Shown piece after piece: positions 24,251 through 37,300 of a stretch of DNA of 64,000 bases. The notes under the pieces are model-generated. The model saw only the letters and a list, made by a program, of their open reading frames with translations, made no database searches and had not been told where the DNA came from. Location: NCBI GenBank assembly GCA_002633005.1, contig NMRA01000312.1:267850-331849 (forward strand), read 5' to 3'. The stretch is from Phoronis australis. Taxonomy: Eukaryota; Animalia; Phoronida. The position numbers and the translations under genes are program-made. The stretch's first letter is position 1; each line of letters opens with the position of its first letter.

Positions 24251-27200
24251 TATATACATGTATTTATCTCGTATGTTATCACATCAGTTATCAATCGGTC
24301 TGAAATACAACTCAAACTTTTCGAAACCATCACAGGAAAACCACCCTCTAAGATAATTTAGAATATTTGAAAGGAAAATGACGATTGTAAAAAGCCATCG
24401 TGACAGGCCTGGTCCACCCTTTCAAAGTTGCTTCAAATCAATGACACGCGTTGTCTGAAGTCCTATTTCATAATGAGCTAATATTATGGCTAACAACATT
24501 TTACGTACATATGGAAATCACTTAAGAACAGGGTAGTAGATTTAGGAAGAAAAGTGTCATTAAATATTTTTTGTGGTGTTACAAGCGTTCTGTGTCATTT
24601 AAATAAACGATATTTTCTGTCTCGGATAATTGCACGTTGAAAGAGGAAGTCAGACAGACAAACGCTTTTAAGGAAAATTAATATCCTTTCTGATACCGCG
24701 TATTGAAATGAAAGTAAAAACTTCAATATGCAGTCAATGTGAGAAATGTGCAGAAACTGACATTTCGGGAGAAATCTTACTGTTTTAAAATATCTTTTTC
24801 TTTGATTTTGAAAGTTCAGTGTGGACCCTACAACACAAAGAACACTGTGACTAGGAATCACCCGCCTTAGGTCAAGAAGAATAGTTGGTTTTGATCTCTG
24901 CCACTTGAAAGTCAAGTAGGTGGTGAGGTATAGTGTTGCTCATCTTTTCTCATAAGAAAATCCACCTGAGACGAGCAAAATAACGCGGAATTTGTTCTTG
25001 ATTTTACTCATCGCTTGGCAAAACATGGGGTTACAAACCTACCCTAGTGATGTGAAGCTTTTCAAAACAAAACAATAAACACCAGACCTTGGCTGACTTT
25101 GATGCTAGTGGCCTTTTCTAATCGATGAGCGAAGGTCTCAAATCGAGTAGCGGTATAGACCATCACCAAATATTTTTTGTGGCCTAACCCTCACTATCGT
25201 CGGCTCGTTGTACTCACCAGAGGCTCAACTCCTCGTCGTCTGATTCGTTTCAGACGGTTGATTTCCGCCACCATTGTGGTCAATGTTTGACTGTTGAACG
25301 CCACAAAGGAAGCATTTGGTTTTCTGCGTAACCTTGACAAGTGCGACACAATATGCACCACACTCCCTTTGGTTGACATTCTTAAAACAGTACTACGAAA
25401 TTTCCAACTTTTTATCTGTGATCGAAATAAGCCTTCCACAAATTCTGACTGACTTATCTTTTTTCCAAACACGAAAAGACGAATCTAGTCGTATTTGTCG
25501 CTCAATCAATTATCTTTAGACACAACATCAATACATTATCCTCGTGTACCTCCGCGATGTTCGTACAAATCCTTTATCACAAAGTACCCCAGGCTCTCGT
25601 TTAAATTAAGCTATGGTACTTTGCTTTTATATCCATGAATCTCTTTGATGTGATAATTGGAATTCATCCTCAAAGTCAATATTTCGGAGGATAATCGATG
25701 TTTTATACAGGCGATGCATAAATTGCAATTATCAACTCAAAATCCAATGCCGGAGCAACACTTTGGTAGATTTGACAAACAGCACCTACGGCAGTTACGC
25801 CAGTTCAAATAGGAGAAAAGTTAAGCGACCTGAATTGTACTCGTGCCATCAAAACTCGGGTTTAATAGCAAGCTTTTGTTTGAAAACCGAGCTTGGTCAA
25901 ATATTGGCGAAACAAAAGTCCGTAACCCCGTACTACACAAACACAATGTCTTACAGACTTGTACTTCAAATTAAAGATTTTTAAAGCAAATTTAACACCT
26001 CCTTGAACACGCCCCAAACAAGTGTTTACACTGAAGCCGTTATGTCAAAAATGCCGCCACAAAATACAACTCACCTGAGTAAACTCATCTCTTCAACGTA
26101 CTAAGAAAACAACCGGACAAGAACTTGTTTTTTAAACATAATTCTTTTCAACGAATTAAACCAAGCACTGCAGCACAGCACAAGTTAAAAATAATATAAA
26201 AGGGCAGAGAACAGAGAACCTTGAAAACGTGATTAATTACGGCAATTAGCAAAAATTGCTCAAAATAATTCCAATGGCTCATTGATGTTTATTATTACCG
26301 TTAGAACGCCAATTAACGTTTTAAAGCCATCGCGTTAATGTAAGCACTCTACGTAAGTTTGAGCGTTATTTCATAACATTTTCAAAGTTTACGCTGATGA
26401 GTGTCCAGTCCAGATTGGCACTTGATAATCCCTGGATTAGAGCTAACAGTAAAAACTCGAGTTTTCTGGCAAGAATTCGAAATCTCTAATTTCTTACACG
26501 GGCTTATAGCTTTAGTGCTAGAAACGGTTAGACTGTCGCTCATGTTAACTACAGTGTATTCGAAAACATAATAGACACTTATCTTGATTTTTCACAGAGG
26601 AAGAACGGAAGATGTCAAAAAATAATTTCGAGTTCGATTTTGAGAAAAAATATTAGATATCGATCAGGCCCAAGCTCTACAGGCTGGCTTGCCACGGCGT
26701 GTCATGTTATGCGCCAAGCGTGGACTCAACTAGTAACGTTTACACCAGTTCTTTGCAAACTCAAGCTGAGAACAATTTATAACGTTAAACGTTTATGAAA
26801 GTTCTCTTCGTGGACGGAATGCGAGTTTAATTCCGCTTTAAACAAGTACTTTTAAATTTTGTAAAATAAAAGCCATATTTCTTCAACACTACGAATGTTG
26901 GAAATTTGTCGCATGTACCTAATTCCGGAATTAGGCGCAGCTTCACATGTAGGTCCGTGGGTCTAAACACGTGCAAATACCAGTGAGCTATTTAAAACCA
27001 CAATATTTTCAAGTACCATGAAAACTAGTAATGAAATGAACACATATCCAAAACTATCAGGTAATGGTCGAGCAATCAGCTCCAGATAAAACACTCATGA
27101 AAAAATTCATCAAGAAGAACCTTAGCTAGCCAATGTAACCGCACAGTTTCCTTCGGTACCAAACTATTAACGATGATTTGTAAGTACATGTTTTTTAAAG

Positions 27201-27573
27201 TACATGTATATTCACATACACGTAAAATGTCTAATTTGATCGTATTTAGCCACCTACTTAGAAAAGATTATCAGACACACAATCCAAACACATGTAAAGG
27301 TAAAAGTTTTGGGGAGAGGTGCAACGACACATATTCCAACTTTGGTCTTCCGTTGCGAACACTTTCTACCGCATCCTCTCAGTGGCCACGCAAAACTTTA
27401 CAGCAGTTTCGACCCCTTTTTTTCTTAGTTTGCAGAATTGCACCCTTACACATTTGTTTGTGTTTCATAAATATAGCAGAATTGCACCCCTACACTTTTG
27501 TTTGTGTTTCATAAATATAACAAAACTCTTAATTAAGGGAACAATATCGGAGCCTCAGTTCGGAATCGAACTT

Positions 27574-27681
27574 GCAACCCCTGCGGTCGCAACCCCTGCG
27601 GTCGCAACCCCTGCGGTCGCAACCCCTGCGGTCGCAACCCCTGCGGTCGCAACCCCTGCGGTCGCAACCCCTGCGGTCGCA
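27574..27681. repeat. Perfect 15-bp GC-rich minisatellite (GCAACCCCTGCGGTC) x7
   Basis: Seven identical copies. It explains the ATPAV/RRGCD pseudo-ORFs. Confidence 0.95.
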
Positions 27682-30600
27682 GTCTGTTTTGTTGGCGACA
27701 TAGCTACCTAAATCACACTTATAAACAGCAAAGAAGTTAAAACTGTTAAATTCGCTCAGCCTTGATTTTAGCGAATGTCTGGCATAAAACCAATTTGAGA
27801 AGTCTAACCTGCATAACACTGTCTTTGAGCTCTACCACGACATGGGGCAATGGTGCAAAAGAACAAGTTTAAATTTCCCTTGCTTCTAAACTTGAATTAT
27901 GTCGTCTGACGTGCGAAAAATCCAAGCCAGTCATAGCTAATCAATGGCGTGCATACTCCTCCTAATACAAAAGACACCCTTGTTGTGACCCCAAGACATG
28001 CAAACAAAATCTCACTTCAACTGTCAAAAATATTTCAATTCAAGAATTAGCTACTTTAAGAACGTGTCAGTCTAAACAAACAGGTGACAACCAATGAGGG
28101 TGACATGAAAGAACTGATAGGGAGATTGGAGGCAGCTTTGAAAGAGAAGAACATCCTGCGTGGTCAAAACAGGAGAACCAGCTACTAGACCTGGATAAGA
28201 ATAAAAAGATCATTACCAGCAACGTAACTATAGGACGAGGTTTACATGCACAGTTTTCAGGCCGGCTTGGCCAGGCAAGAGAAACTTTGGCCGAGTTAGA
28301 CGATGTACATTATCATTCAAGTGAATAACTAAGTGCAAAAAATCCGAAATCACAACATTTGGAACTCACTGTAAAATTATTTTCCAACGGTTCGTGCCTT
28401 CCAGTTGAACACAAGTAGACGGCGATAATTTTTTTTGCGGGAACCAATCAGTCATCAATCCCCAGTAGAAGGAGTAAGGGGTCTCGGCAACACCGAGAAA
28501 ATTATTTTACTGTAAGTTCCGGAAGTTGTGGTTTATATTTTTTCGCATTTGGTGAGTGGAGTAGCATAAGAGTAACTATATTTCCAAGATCAAGGTAACT
28601 ATAGGTCTGGATGTAAATAAGCATACCATAAGTACAATAAAATATGATGACATAATCTGTAGATGAGTAACATGGAGAAAGGCAGCAAACGGCAGTCACC
28701 AACGAAGCTTTGTCACGCGCATGGAAGCTGACCATGAAGCAGCAGGAGGTCAGAATGATGCAGGTAGATCTACAGGCGTCCAAGGTCAAATCGTCTGGTG
28801 AGTTTGATCATCGTATGTAGCCTAATGGACTTTGGGGGCACGGGTCTGGTTTGGTGTCTGCTCGTCCAATACTGAGGTTTAGAGGATTGTAACTGAAATT
28901 TATATGCGCTGACACTGAATCGTCTGCACAACTTCAAACTTGGATTGTATAAAAATATACCAGTTTTCGAAACATGATTTTAATGCTGTAATTTTATTTT
29001 AGTCGTAATTCTTGCACCTGAACAATACATGAAGACGAGGGTTTCTTTTTCAATCACAATTTTAGTCACAGAAACTATTGCTCATTGCAAGTTTTCAGGT
29101 CCCCACAACACTAGATTATGTCAAATTACTCTGTGAGTGTCGTTTTGCAATGCTAAGACACAGCATCTTGCCAAATGTCTCTGTGAGATGCCTTTAGATT
29201 TCACCGTCGTCGATAGCTAGCCTCCTCACAAGTCGATGCTTCTTGTTTCATCTTGGCTTGGCCACACGCTAAACTACAAACCGTGGCTCACCCGTCAGGT
29301 GCGGTAATTGAAATAACGTCAAAATCAACATAAGGTTATCTTGAACCTTAATAGACGACCTCAGCTCTAAGTCAACTATCGACAAACTCCATTATATAAA
29401 TATACGTTTTTCGATCTCAGTGACAGGCCGAGAAGAATCGAGAATTCTAAAAATATGCTTCTTACTACCCTGTTTTTCTTATCGTCAGGTGACTACGTTT
29501 TTAAGAGAAATTTCCATGTGCAAGAAAGGAACATTTATAGCAAAATACCCCACAGCCGATTTTACTAAAACTTATTTTTAAATGAAAACTTTACGTTATG
29601 TCTCAAAAAAGCTGTCAGGGATTTTTTATTTTACACGTGGTTCAAGTTTTAGTGGCAAATTAACTCGCAAAACACAAGGCACTTGTAAAAAAATCAGCGG
29701 TATATCGCGCGCAGGTACTCGAAAACTAGGCATGTAAAGCAAACATACCGTGAATAATACGCTTACAAGGAAGTCACGCGTTTTTAAAGATATGCGAGAA
29801 TTTTCACTTCTCGTCCTTCTGAGCAGCTTTTACTAGGATCAAAGAGAGCGCGGCGCCGGAGTCAGGTAAAGTTGTGATGACCGCATTGCCCGATGCGAGC
29901 AAGACCCAATTAAGTGTAATTACCCGACCATAAACTGTATTAAACATCTCTGACTGTACATAATGACGAATTTTCAAAATGCATTAATCACTAATTTTCG
30001 TTAAAAACGACCACCATGGCGGTATTCAGCTGAAAAAAACAACCAAGTACGGTTTTCGATTTTTAAAACTCGATGAACTAACCACTGGGTACGATTGAAG
30101 ATAAACTACTACGCGTATTAATATACTCGGTGGATATACAAACGCTGATCAGAGTTAACAATATCACATGGATTCATTTTTTGACATTCTTTCAATCTCG
30201 TTTAACCAGATTTTTGACCAGGAAACAGTTGTACTTAACTTGTGCCTACATTTCATTTCTTATTACTGACAAAGAGCTAGAATAGTTATATATAGCCAGT
30301 GCCACCGAAATTGTCCAGAGATTCCAAATCTTTAGTTTGTTTATCACCATATTTGCACTTTTGTCTATATTTTATGATTTGAGTTATAAAGATTAAACTT
30401 TAATGACATGTGAAATGTTTAGTGTACATGTAATGTGGAAAGTTCAGGTATGGGCTCACAATGAACTTAACTAATTAAGTTTCGCTGGCGATCAAAATCT
30501 ACCACTGTTTTGGTACTCCAAGTTTAAAACTTAGATAACAGTTATCAACTTGTTCCCGGTAAGAAAAAAGCAAGTGGACAGAAGCATTAAAAATTAAATA

Positions 30601-31212
30601 ACGAAAATCAATATGAAACTTCCTTTGGGAAGTCGCCCTTTGTGTAGATAAACACAAGTTAACCTTTTTAGTCACTTTGTAATATTAGAATGTACCAATT
30701 TAAAACTACTCTCCAGAGTTGCAGGCTGTATCTCTGCAAATGTCAGAGAAAACCAAATTGTGGATAATAACAACAACCATTGTTGAGACAGTAATGCTAG
30801 CTATTACCTTTCCACTTCATTACGACAGATCTACATCAATACAAAGGGCGTGCTGAGTAGGCATCGTAAAAGCTGTCTGGGGCTATGGAAATCTGAGCGG
30901 TGACCAGCGTAAGCGAGAAATTCTCCAAATGAAATCAATGGTCGCAGTCCGACACTGAGGGCCCTCAGAATGCTTGTCAGACCGACCATTTCAGAAATGA
31001 CCGGGCCGGTGTTCAAAGCAAATAACTACAGAAGAAAATAAAAGTTTTTGAGAGTCTGTAAAACAAACGCATTTAGATTCGGTGCTTCAGTTCATTTCGA
31101 ACTAGGAACCAATATGAGGTTCCTACGGTTCAAACTCAGGTTCGATGCCACCGGCTGCAAATCAGGTGCCGTGCGATAAGCAACAGATGGCACTGGCGCA
31201 TAGAACAAAACA

Positions 31213-31224
31213 AAGATGGCTGCC
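31213..31224 (+). promoter_or_regulatory. YY1-like motif (AAGATGGCTGCC) just upstream of the REXO5-like start codon
   Basis: One mismatch to AAGATGGCGGCC, at a position typical of housekeeping-gene 5' leaders. Confidence 0.4.
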
Positions 31225-31267
31225 TCCATGAAATGAAATGTGGGAAAGCTGTTCATGAAGTTAAAAT

Positions 31268-31375
31268 ATGTCTGAACAAAAGAGTAAGAGCACTGGATTG
31301 TTATCCAAAACGAAAATTGAAAGACTTAACAAAAAGAAACAGAAAATAGAGGCTTTTCTGAAATTATCAAAACAG
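31268..31375 (+). CDS. REXO5: REXO5-like exon 1 (MSEQKSKSTGLLSKTKIERLNKKKQKIEAFLKLSKQ)
   Basis: ATG, basic N-terminus, CAG/GTAAC donor, phase 0. Confidence 0.75.
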
Positions 31376-34300
31376 GTAACGGTAAGCTCTCGTACCGTAT
31401 ACGTTGACGATTGACGTCCGTTGACGATACAAATTTGCATTTATTTGTAAGTGTACTGCTTTGGAACGATATAACAAAGAATGAAAGGAACCTGGCATAA
31501 AGTTCATTATAAACTACACCTTTGAGGGCTTGACACTTTGCAAAACATAACGTCAAGTCGCCAAGTACCACCTGGCAAAAATGCTTTTTAGGTGGCGAAA
31601 TGAAGTGATCCAAATAAGGAAACCTCACATCATGGGACGGGGTACAAAAATCCTGGCCCTCAGAAGTGGCGCATAGTTGGCAGCAACAGAGAATGGTAAA
31701 ACTGGGATATGGAATTGAAAACTTACAAACTGGTCATATGTGCAGAAAAGTAGGAACGTGCATTATGAGCGTGGTAAATGCTCTCTTGGGCCCAATGTTC
31801 CATGCTCACTCACCTCTTATGGAAAGCAGAAAGGAAAAAGCAGCTTGTTGCCGAGCAATTCCAACACCATTTGTTTACTTCATGCTGTATGTTGAGCTCA
31901 TGTACATATATGTGCGTAGTGACTTCATTGCTAGGCCACCAAACGAGATCTGGTCATATTAACCACTGCCCTACCTTGGATTAATTGTGAATTGGTTTTT
32001 ACCGCTAAAAATTTCTTGTGTTTCTGCTGCTAAAGTGGAGCGATCACAGGCACTTGTCATGTGCTTTATTTTTTGGTTTACTGAATTGACATCTGGTGGC
32101 ATGTTCAACAAAGTAAATATTTCACAAAATGTTGGATCGCTGATAACAAATTAGTGAATTTACTAAAAGATGTGCTTTCAACTGTGGTAATTTGTTGTGC
32201 AAGTGTGCAGAAACATAACAATGGATTGAGACGAAAATGGAAATTGACCCAATGTATCATGCCTCTCTATTTCATGGGGTTCAAAGTTGACGCATATTAT
32301 TTTTCTGACAAATTTAGCTGCAGAATAACTGACCAATGGCATTTTTTCATGCATGTAAGGGAGTTGCTATACTCAAAGAAGAGGGTAGTTATTAATGGCA
32401 TTACTTTTGCGTCAAATTTTATTTCATCAGTTGTATTTATACAGCTTTGCAACAAGGTTACCATCTGTGCTGCCTGCTTGAGTGTTGCTGCCATAGGGTT
32501 GTCCTGCCCTTAACTTTTGTATGTTTTCATTTTAAGCCAAGGACATTGAGAAAGAAATGATGGTTCGTTACTGATTTTGTTAAATTGAATTCACTAACTT
32601 CTTGAAAAGACATTGCCGATTGGATTGGCGAAGTATGAGTTGGAATTTAGAACATCGACTGTCTCGGAAGGTGTTCTACTCACTCAGAAAAGGCACTATA
32701 ACAATGTGACTTGGGTGGTTTAGTTAAGGTGAGGTCACGAGGTCATTTTCAGAAAAGTTGTTGGTGTAATGTGTTCCCGTCTTGCTGAGACAGAGACTCA
32801 AACCAAAACAGGTTTCACATGGGAGGCCATTCAACAAAATATGCCTTAACAGGGCTCGACATAACGAGCTGCAGGTCGCATTTGCGACCTGAAATTTGGA
32901 AATACGAGCTGAGATTCTTGTCAGCTCGTATCAAGTCGCTAAATGCGACCTGGAATTTCCAACGAATGCGAGCTGAGTTTTTACACTTCTCGGTAGATAC
33001 AAGGCAAATATAAAGCAACTATTGTTAATTCCACCATTACGTGGTTGTTGCCAAATCCAAGTTCAAAAGACCACTAACAGAGAACAGCCCTCCCGATGAA
33101 TTTTAAGCAAGTCGCGTGACCATGGGATATGCAGAATCGATCTTTGACGCGTTTCATTGGCTAACATTTTCGGCCACTGTTGCAAATTTCCGGATTTGCC
33201 GAAGAAAGTTTCGGGCCACATAACATTTGATAAAACCTCACAAAACAGTGGTGTTTCTATTAATTCTTAAGCAACCAACTTATTAAACTTTGTGGTGGAC
33301 AAATATGTTTGTTTTTCGCTTAAGATGTCCTTATTACCAAATATCCACGACAATGTCCCTGATATCGCACTGCGGCACTGGTCGGTCCCGTTGTTAGCGT
33401 GCAAGCGGTCCCGGCTAGACAATCGTGACTTAGATATGTGCGCCTCGTTTTTATCCCATAAGACAGCCAAAGTGAAAGTGACAACCTATTAATCCCCAAA
33501 CAACGATCACATCTTTACTTTCAGTTGCCAAGAAATTCTCTAACCCCATTACTTGTTTCTGGGGCTACCTGAGCGAAATATGATTTGTCTTTCACATGTT
33601 GTTGCCAACGTAAAGTGTAGGCCTATTCTAGCGAATCAAGTGCGGGAACTCACACGTGCGCACCGTTTCGAAGCTGCACATCAAAAGAGAACAGCGACAG
33701 TCCTAAATGAAAGTGTATACCGGCTTGGCTCTGTTAAGCACCCGGGTGNNNNNNNNNNNNNNNNNNNNNNNNNNNNNNNNNNNNNNNNNNNNNNNNNNNN
33801 NNNNNNNNNNNNNNNNNNNNNNNNNNNNNNNNNNNNNNNNNNNNNNNNNNNNNNNNNNNNNNNNNNNNNNNNNNNNNNNNNNNNNNNNNNNNNNNNNNNN
33901 NNNNNNNNNNNNNNNNNNNNNNNNNNNNNNNNNNNNNNNNNNNNNNNNNNNNNNNNNNNNNNNNNNNNNNNNNNNNNNNNNNNNNNNNNNNNNNNNNNNN
34001 NNNNNNNNNNNNNNNNNNNNNNNNNNNNNNNNNNNNNNNNNNNNNNNNNNNNNNNNNNNNNNNNNNNNNNNNNNNNNNNNNNNNNNNNNNNNNNNAGACC
34101 TATCAAAATCCCGGATACTTTTTCAACATTTTCTCCCTTTTCAAATCGCAAACTTAGGTACTCGAATGCACGTGTCAGTTAGCACTAATTCAACTTCCAC
34201 GTCGGGAACTTGACTTGCGCTCTAGAGACTTTCAATGGCGGTCGTGAAGAACAGTAACGCCGTACCTACGTGAACGAAGTCAGTTTTGGGATCTGAAATT

Positions 34301-37300
34301 TGTGAGTATTTAACGCGGCAAGAAATAGCATAATCTAAACATTTTATCGATGATCTAAAATCAATTTTGGCACGTAAAAATGGCGGGAAAATTTTGCGAC
34401 CTGGCATTTATGAATGCGAGCTGGATTTTGGAAATGCAACCTGGGATTCTGGCTAGGTCGCAAAATGCTACCTGGCGATTTTAATAGCGTCGAGCCCTGC
34501 TTAACCTGACTTGGCCACTGTCAAAAATTGTATCTTTTTGGCACCTTTTGTGTTTTGAGGAACACCTTTGAATGTTGTCTGTGTTTTTAAATACTTAGAG
34601 CTCAAACACATACTTCTTGTATTGTAATTTCTTTCAGGTTTAACTCCTTGTTGTTGAATTCGGTGTTGGTAACAGAGTCATCTGATTACATCTGTAGTAG
34701 CCAGGATTTATGATTCTTTTCAGGATGCAGAAAGTACCAATGATGGTGCACCCATGGAAACATCTTGTAAGGAGTCTGCCGATACAGCTGGTATCTGCCC
34801 TGAAGTGACATCTGGTGACGCACAATGTTCTGCTAGTTTGGAAAGTGTAAACAAGACTCAAGAGCATCTAAAGAAATTAAGAGCAGAGATCCGAGCCAGT
34901 CAGAAAGCAAGCATGGTATGATCGTAATATACATTTGTGTATTACTTGACATGATCAGTTTATATGGACAAAATGAAATCCTAAGAAACAAAGCCAACAT
35001 TGGTCTTGATAAAGATTAGTGGTTTAAGTGGGCATATGCAATGAAAAGTATATGTAGTGAAAAATACCTTTATAAAGGTTCATGGAAAACACAATTATTG
35101 TGAAGTTTGGTGCTCATAACAATAATCATTTAATGCTTCAGTCAAACCTCTAAGTTAGTTAAGAGTAAAATTTTCCTTTTCTACTTCAAGTTTGTATTCA
35201 TCTTTATTTACGAGTTCTTGTAGATTATGGCCATCCCAGATTACACTGCAACACTAAAATTTCATATTTACCCACAATGCTGCTGTGTCCATCAAGCACG
35301 TTTGTAGCATGGCGTTTTCGCGCCTTTGGAGTTCCATGTTTCCTTTGTTCTTGTCATATTCCTTTTGCAAGATTTTCTCGGCTAGTTTATGCCATATACC
35401 GTTTCAATGCCAACAAGGTATTACTGCTATGCTGTGGCTACAACTCTGATGGGAGAAAGTTGGATAAATTTGACAAACATGCGTGGAAGCTTTTTCAACA
35501 TCAATCAAACCTCTTAAAATGTATCTGACAATCCAAAACTAGGTAATGAAAACAATGCGCTTTCTTTCCTTGGGAACATTGTGTAATCCAAGATAGACCT
35601 ATTATTGTCACACAGTCTATAAATATGATACCTCACCAGTTTCAGCACAGCATTGTGCATTTTCTTGGGTTGTTTTGATTAGTTTAACATGGCATTTTCT
35701 TTTCACCACACTCCGTGCTCGCTGAAGACTGAATAATTTCTTCGGTCCCATTTACACGGCGGCTTTGACACAGCACATACTGACGTGGCATGAGTGTGCT
35801 TGAGGAATTTTATTTAATGGTCCATTTTTAGTTAGGGCAACTTGCACGCCTGATCACATTGCTTGGTGCCATCTTCCCATGTACAAAAGTCCTTACTGGT
35901 GATGAAGCATGATTGCATAATTCTGCCTTTATTCTCCAGTCGTTAACTTTCACGATGACACAGTTTTCTTGTGTGCCATGTATGGTAAAATCTCACCAAC
36001 TTTGAACAAAAATAATTACCAAAATTGGTTCTTTATCATTTCTCAAATGTTTTTATCTGCCATTGTGACATGCAACAACGTACAGCTACATTGCTGCGTG
36101 CAGTGTGAAAATGGTGCTGTCAAAGCACAGTCTCATGTTAGCATGCTAATCCTATTATTTTAGCAAAAGGCCAAACTCTACCTCACTTTGCATGAGATGT
36201 ATAGGCAGACAGACGTAAGCAGCACAGACCAGCCTCAGTTGTATATGATGGACCTTCAGCACCTGTTACTGTACGCCTTGCAGGGAAACGTTGCCAGTTA
36301 CAAACCAAGGTATATTCAACAACAAGCACAAAATAATGTGGCTACAGAATCCAATATTAAATTGTTCAGTCTTTGTTAAATGTAACATAATCCTAAGAAA
36401 ATTAGTGACGGAGGTCACTCTATAATGTTTTGTGAAGAGGGGACTCGTCATATCCAAAAGTACAGTTTGTTGCAGCTTAGTCCAAGACATTGCGTGATTG
36501 GTAGTTGCAGTATGGCTTCTGGGGGTCGCACAATGCATGATTTAGAGCCAAAATAAAGTTGTGCAAGTTTCATACTACTGTAGCTTTTCGAAACGATTAG
36601 TAGTCCTTATTTAATAAATGATGACTTGAAAAACATGACGTATAATAATATATGACTCAGTTTGAGTTACTTTTTCTAATGTACAAAGGTTTGATTTGTA
36701 ATTACTGTGGTTACACTGGTTTTTGACATACTGGTCCAGAAGATGACTGCTTGATTAAATTCCAGTCCCCGAAGAAAATCACCTGTCATTTAAACCTAAG
36801 TTGACTTTCTTGGATGAAAATTGAAGCAACAAAGTATGACTTGTGCCGTATGGTACACATTTAAGTGAAGTTCTATTTTTGTCACTTGTTTTTCTTCGAT
36901 CGTTTCACTCGCAATTTCAAGTTCACGAAAGTTACACTCGTCACCAGCGGCAGTGGTCGCTGGGGACATTGTGTTGTTAGCGTTTCTGCAGTGCATTAAA
37001 ATGGCCGTGTTGTTGAAATATGCATTTATCAGGTCTAAAGTCCACAACAAGCTTTCAATGCTACGCAACAAATTTATTCTTCAAATAACCATTCCTGTCT
37101 CACAGTTTTAGGAGCCAAATAGCAGCCTTGTTCACAGTCGAAGCCGAAGCTCTACACACAACTTGTTTGTGGTTGACCTATTTTTCCATTCAGTGTCAAG
37201 CGAGTAAATGTCGGGATCACGTGTTTATGACTGATCTATTTTTCCCATGTACCAAAATGCCAAAGGAGCGTACTCGAATCATCCAATAATAGAATTACAC

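Noticed and set aside
23967-24356. ORFs with LSIDLLT repeats
   Set aside because: They are translations of the 21-bp array inside a MITE.
26394-26430. CTGATGA followed by a stem (hammerhead-like)
   Set aside because: No GAAA box after the stem.
27319-27819. ATPAV / RRGCD repeat ORFs
   Set aside because: They are translations of a perfect 15-bp minisatellite with no synonymous variation.
29874-29955. GTGATGA...CTGA C/D-box snoRNA-like spacing
   Set aside because: Intergenic, inside transposon-like sequence, with no terminal stem and no recognisable rRNA guide.
33553-34213. Long ORFs containing X runs
   Set aside because: Artefacts of the N gap.
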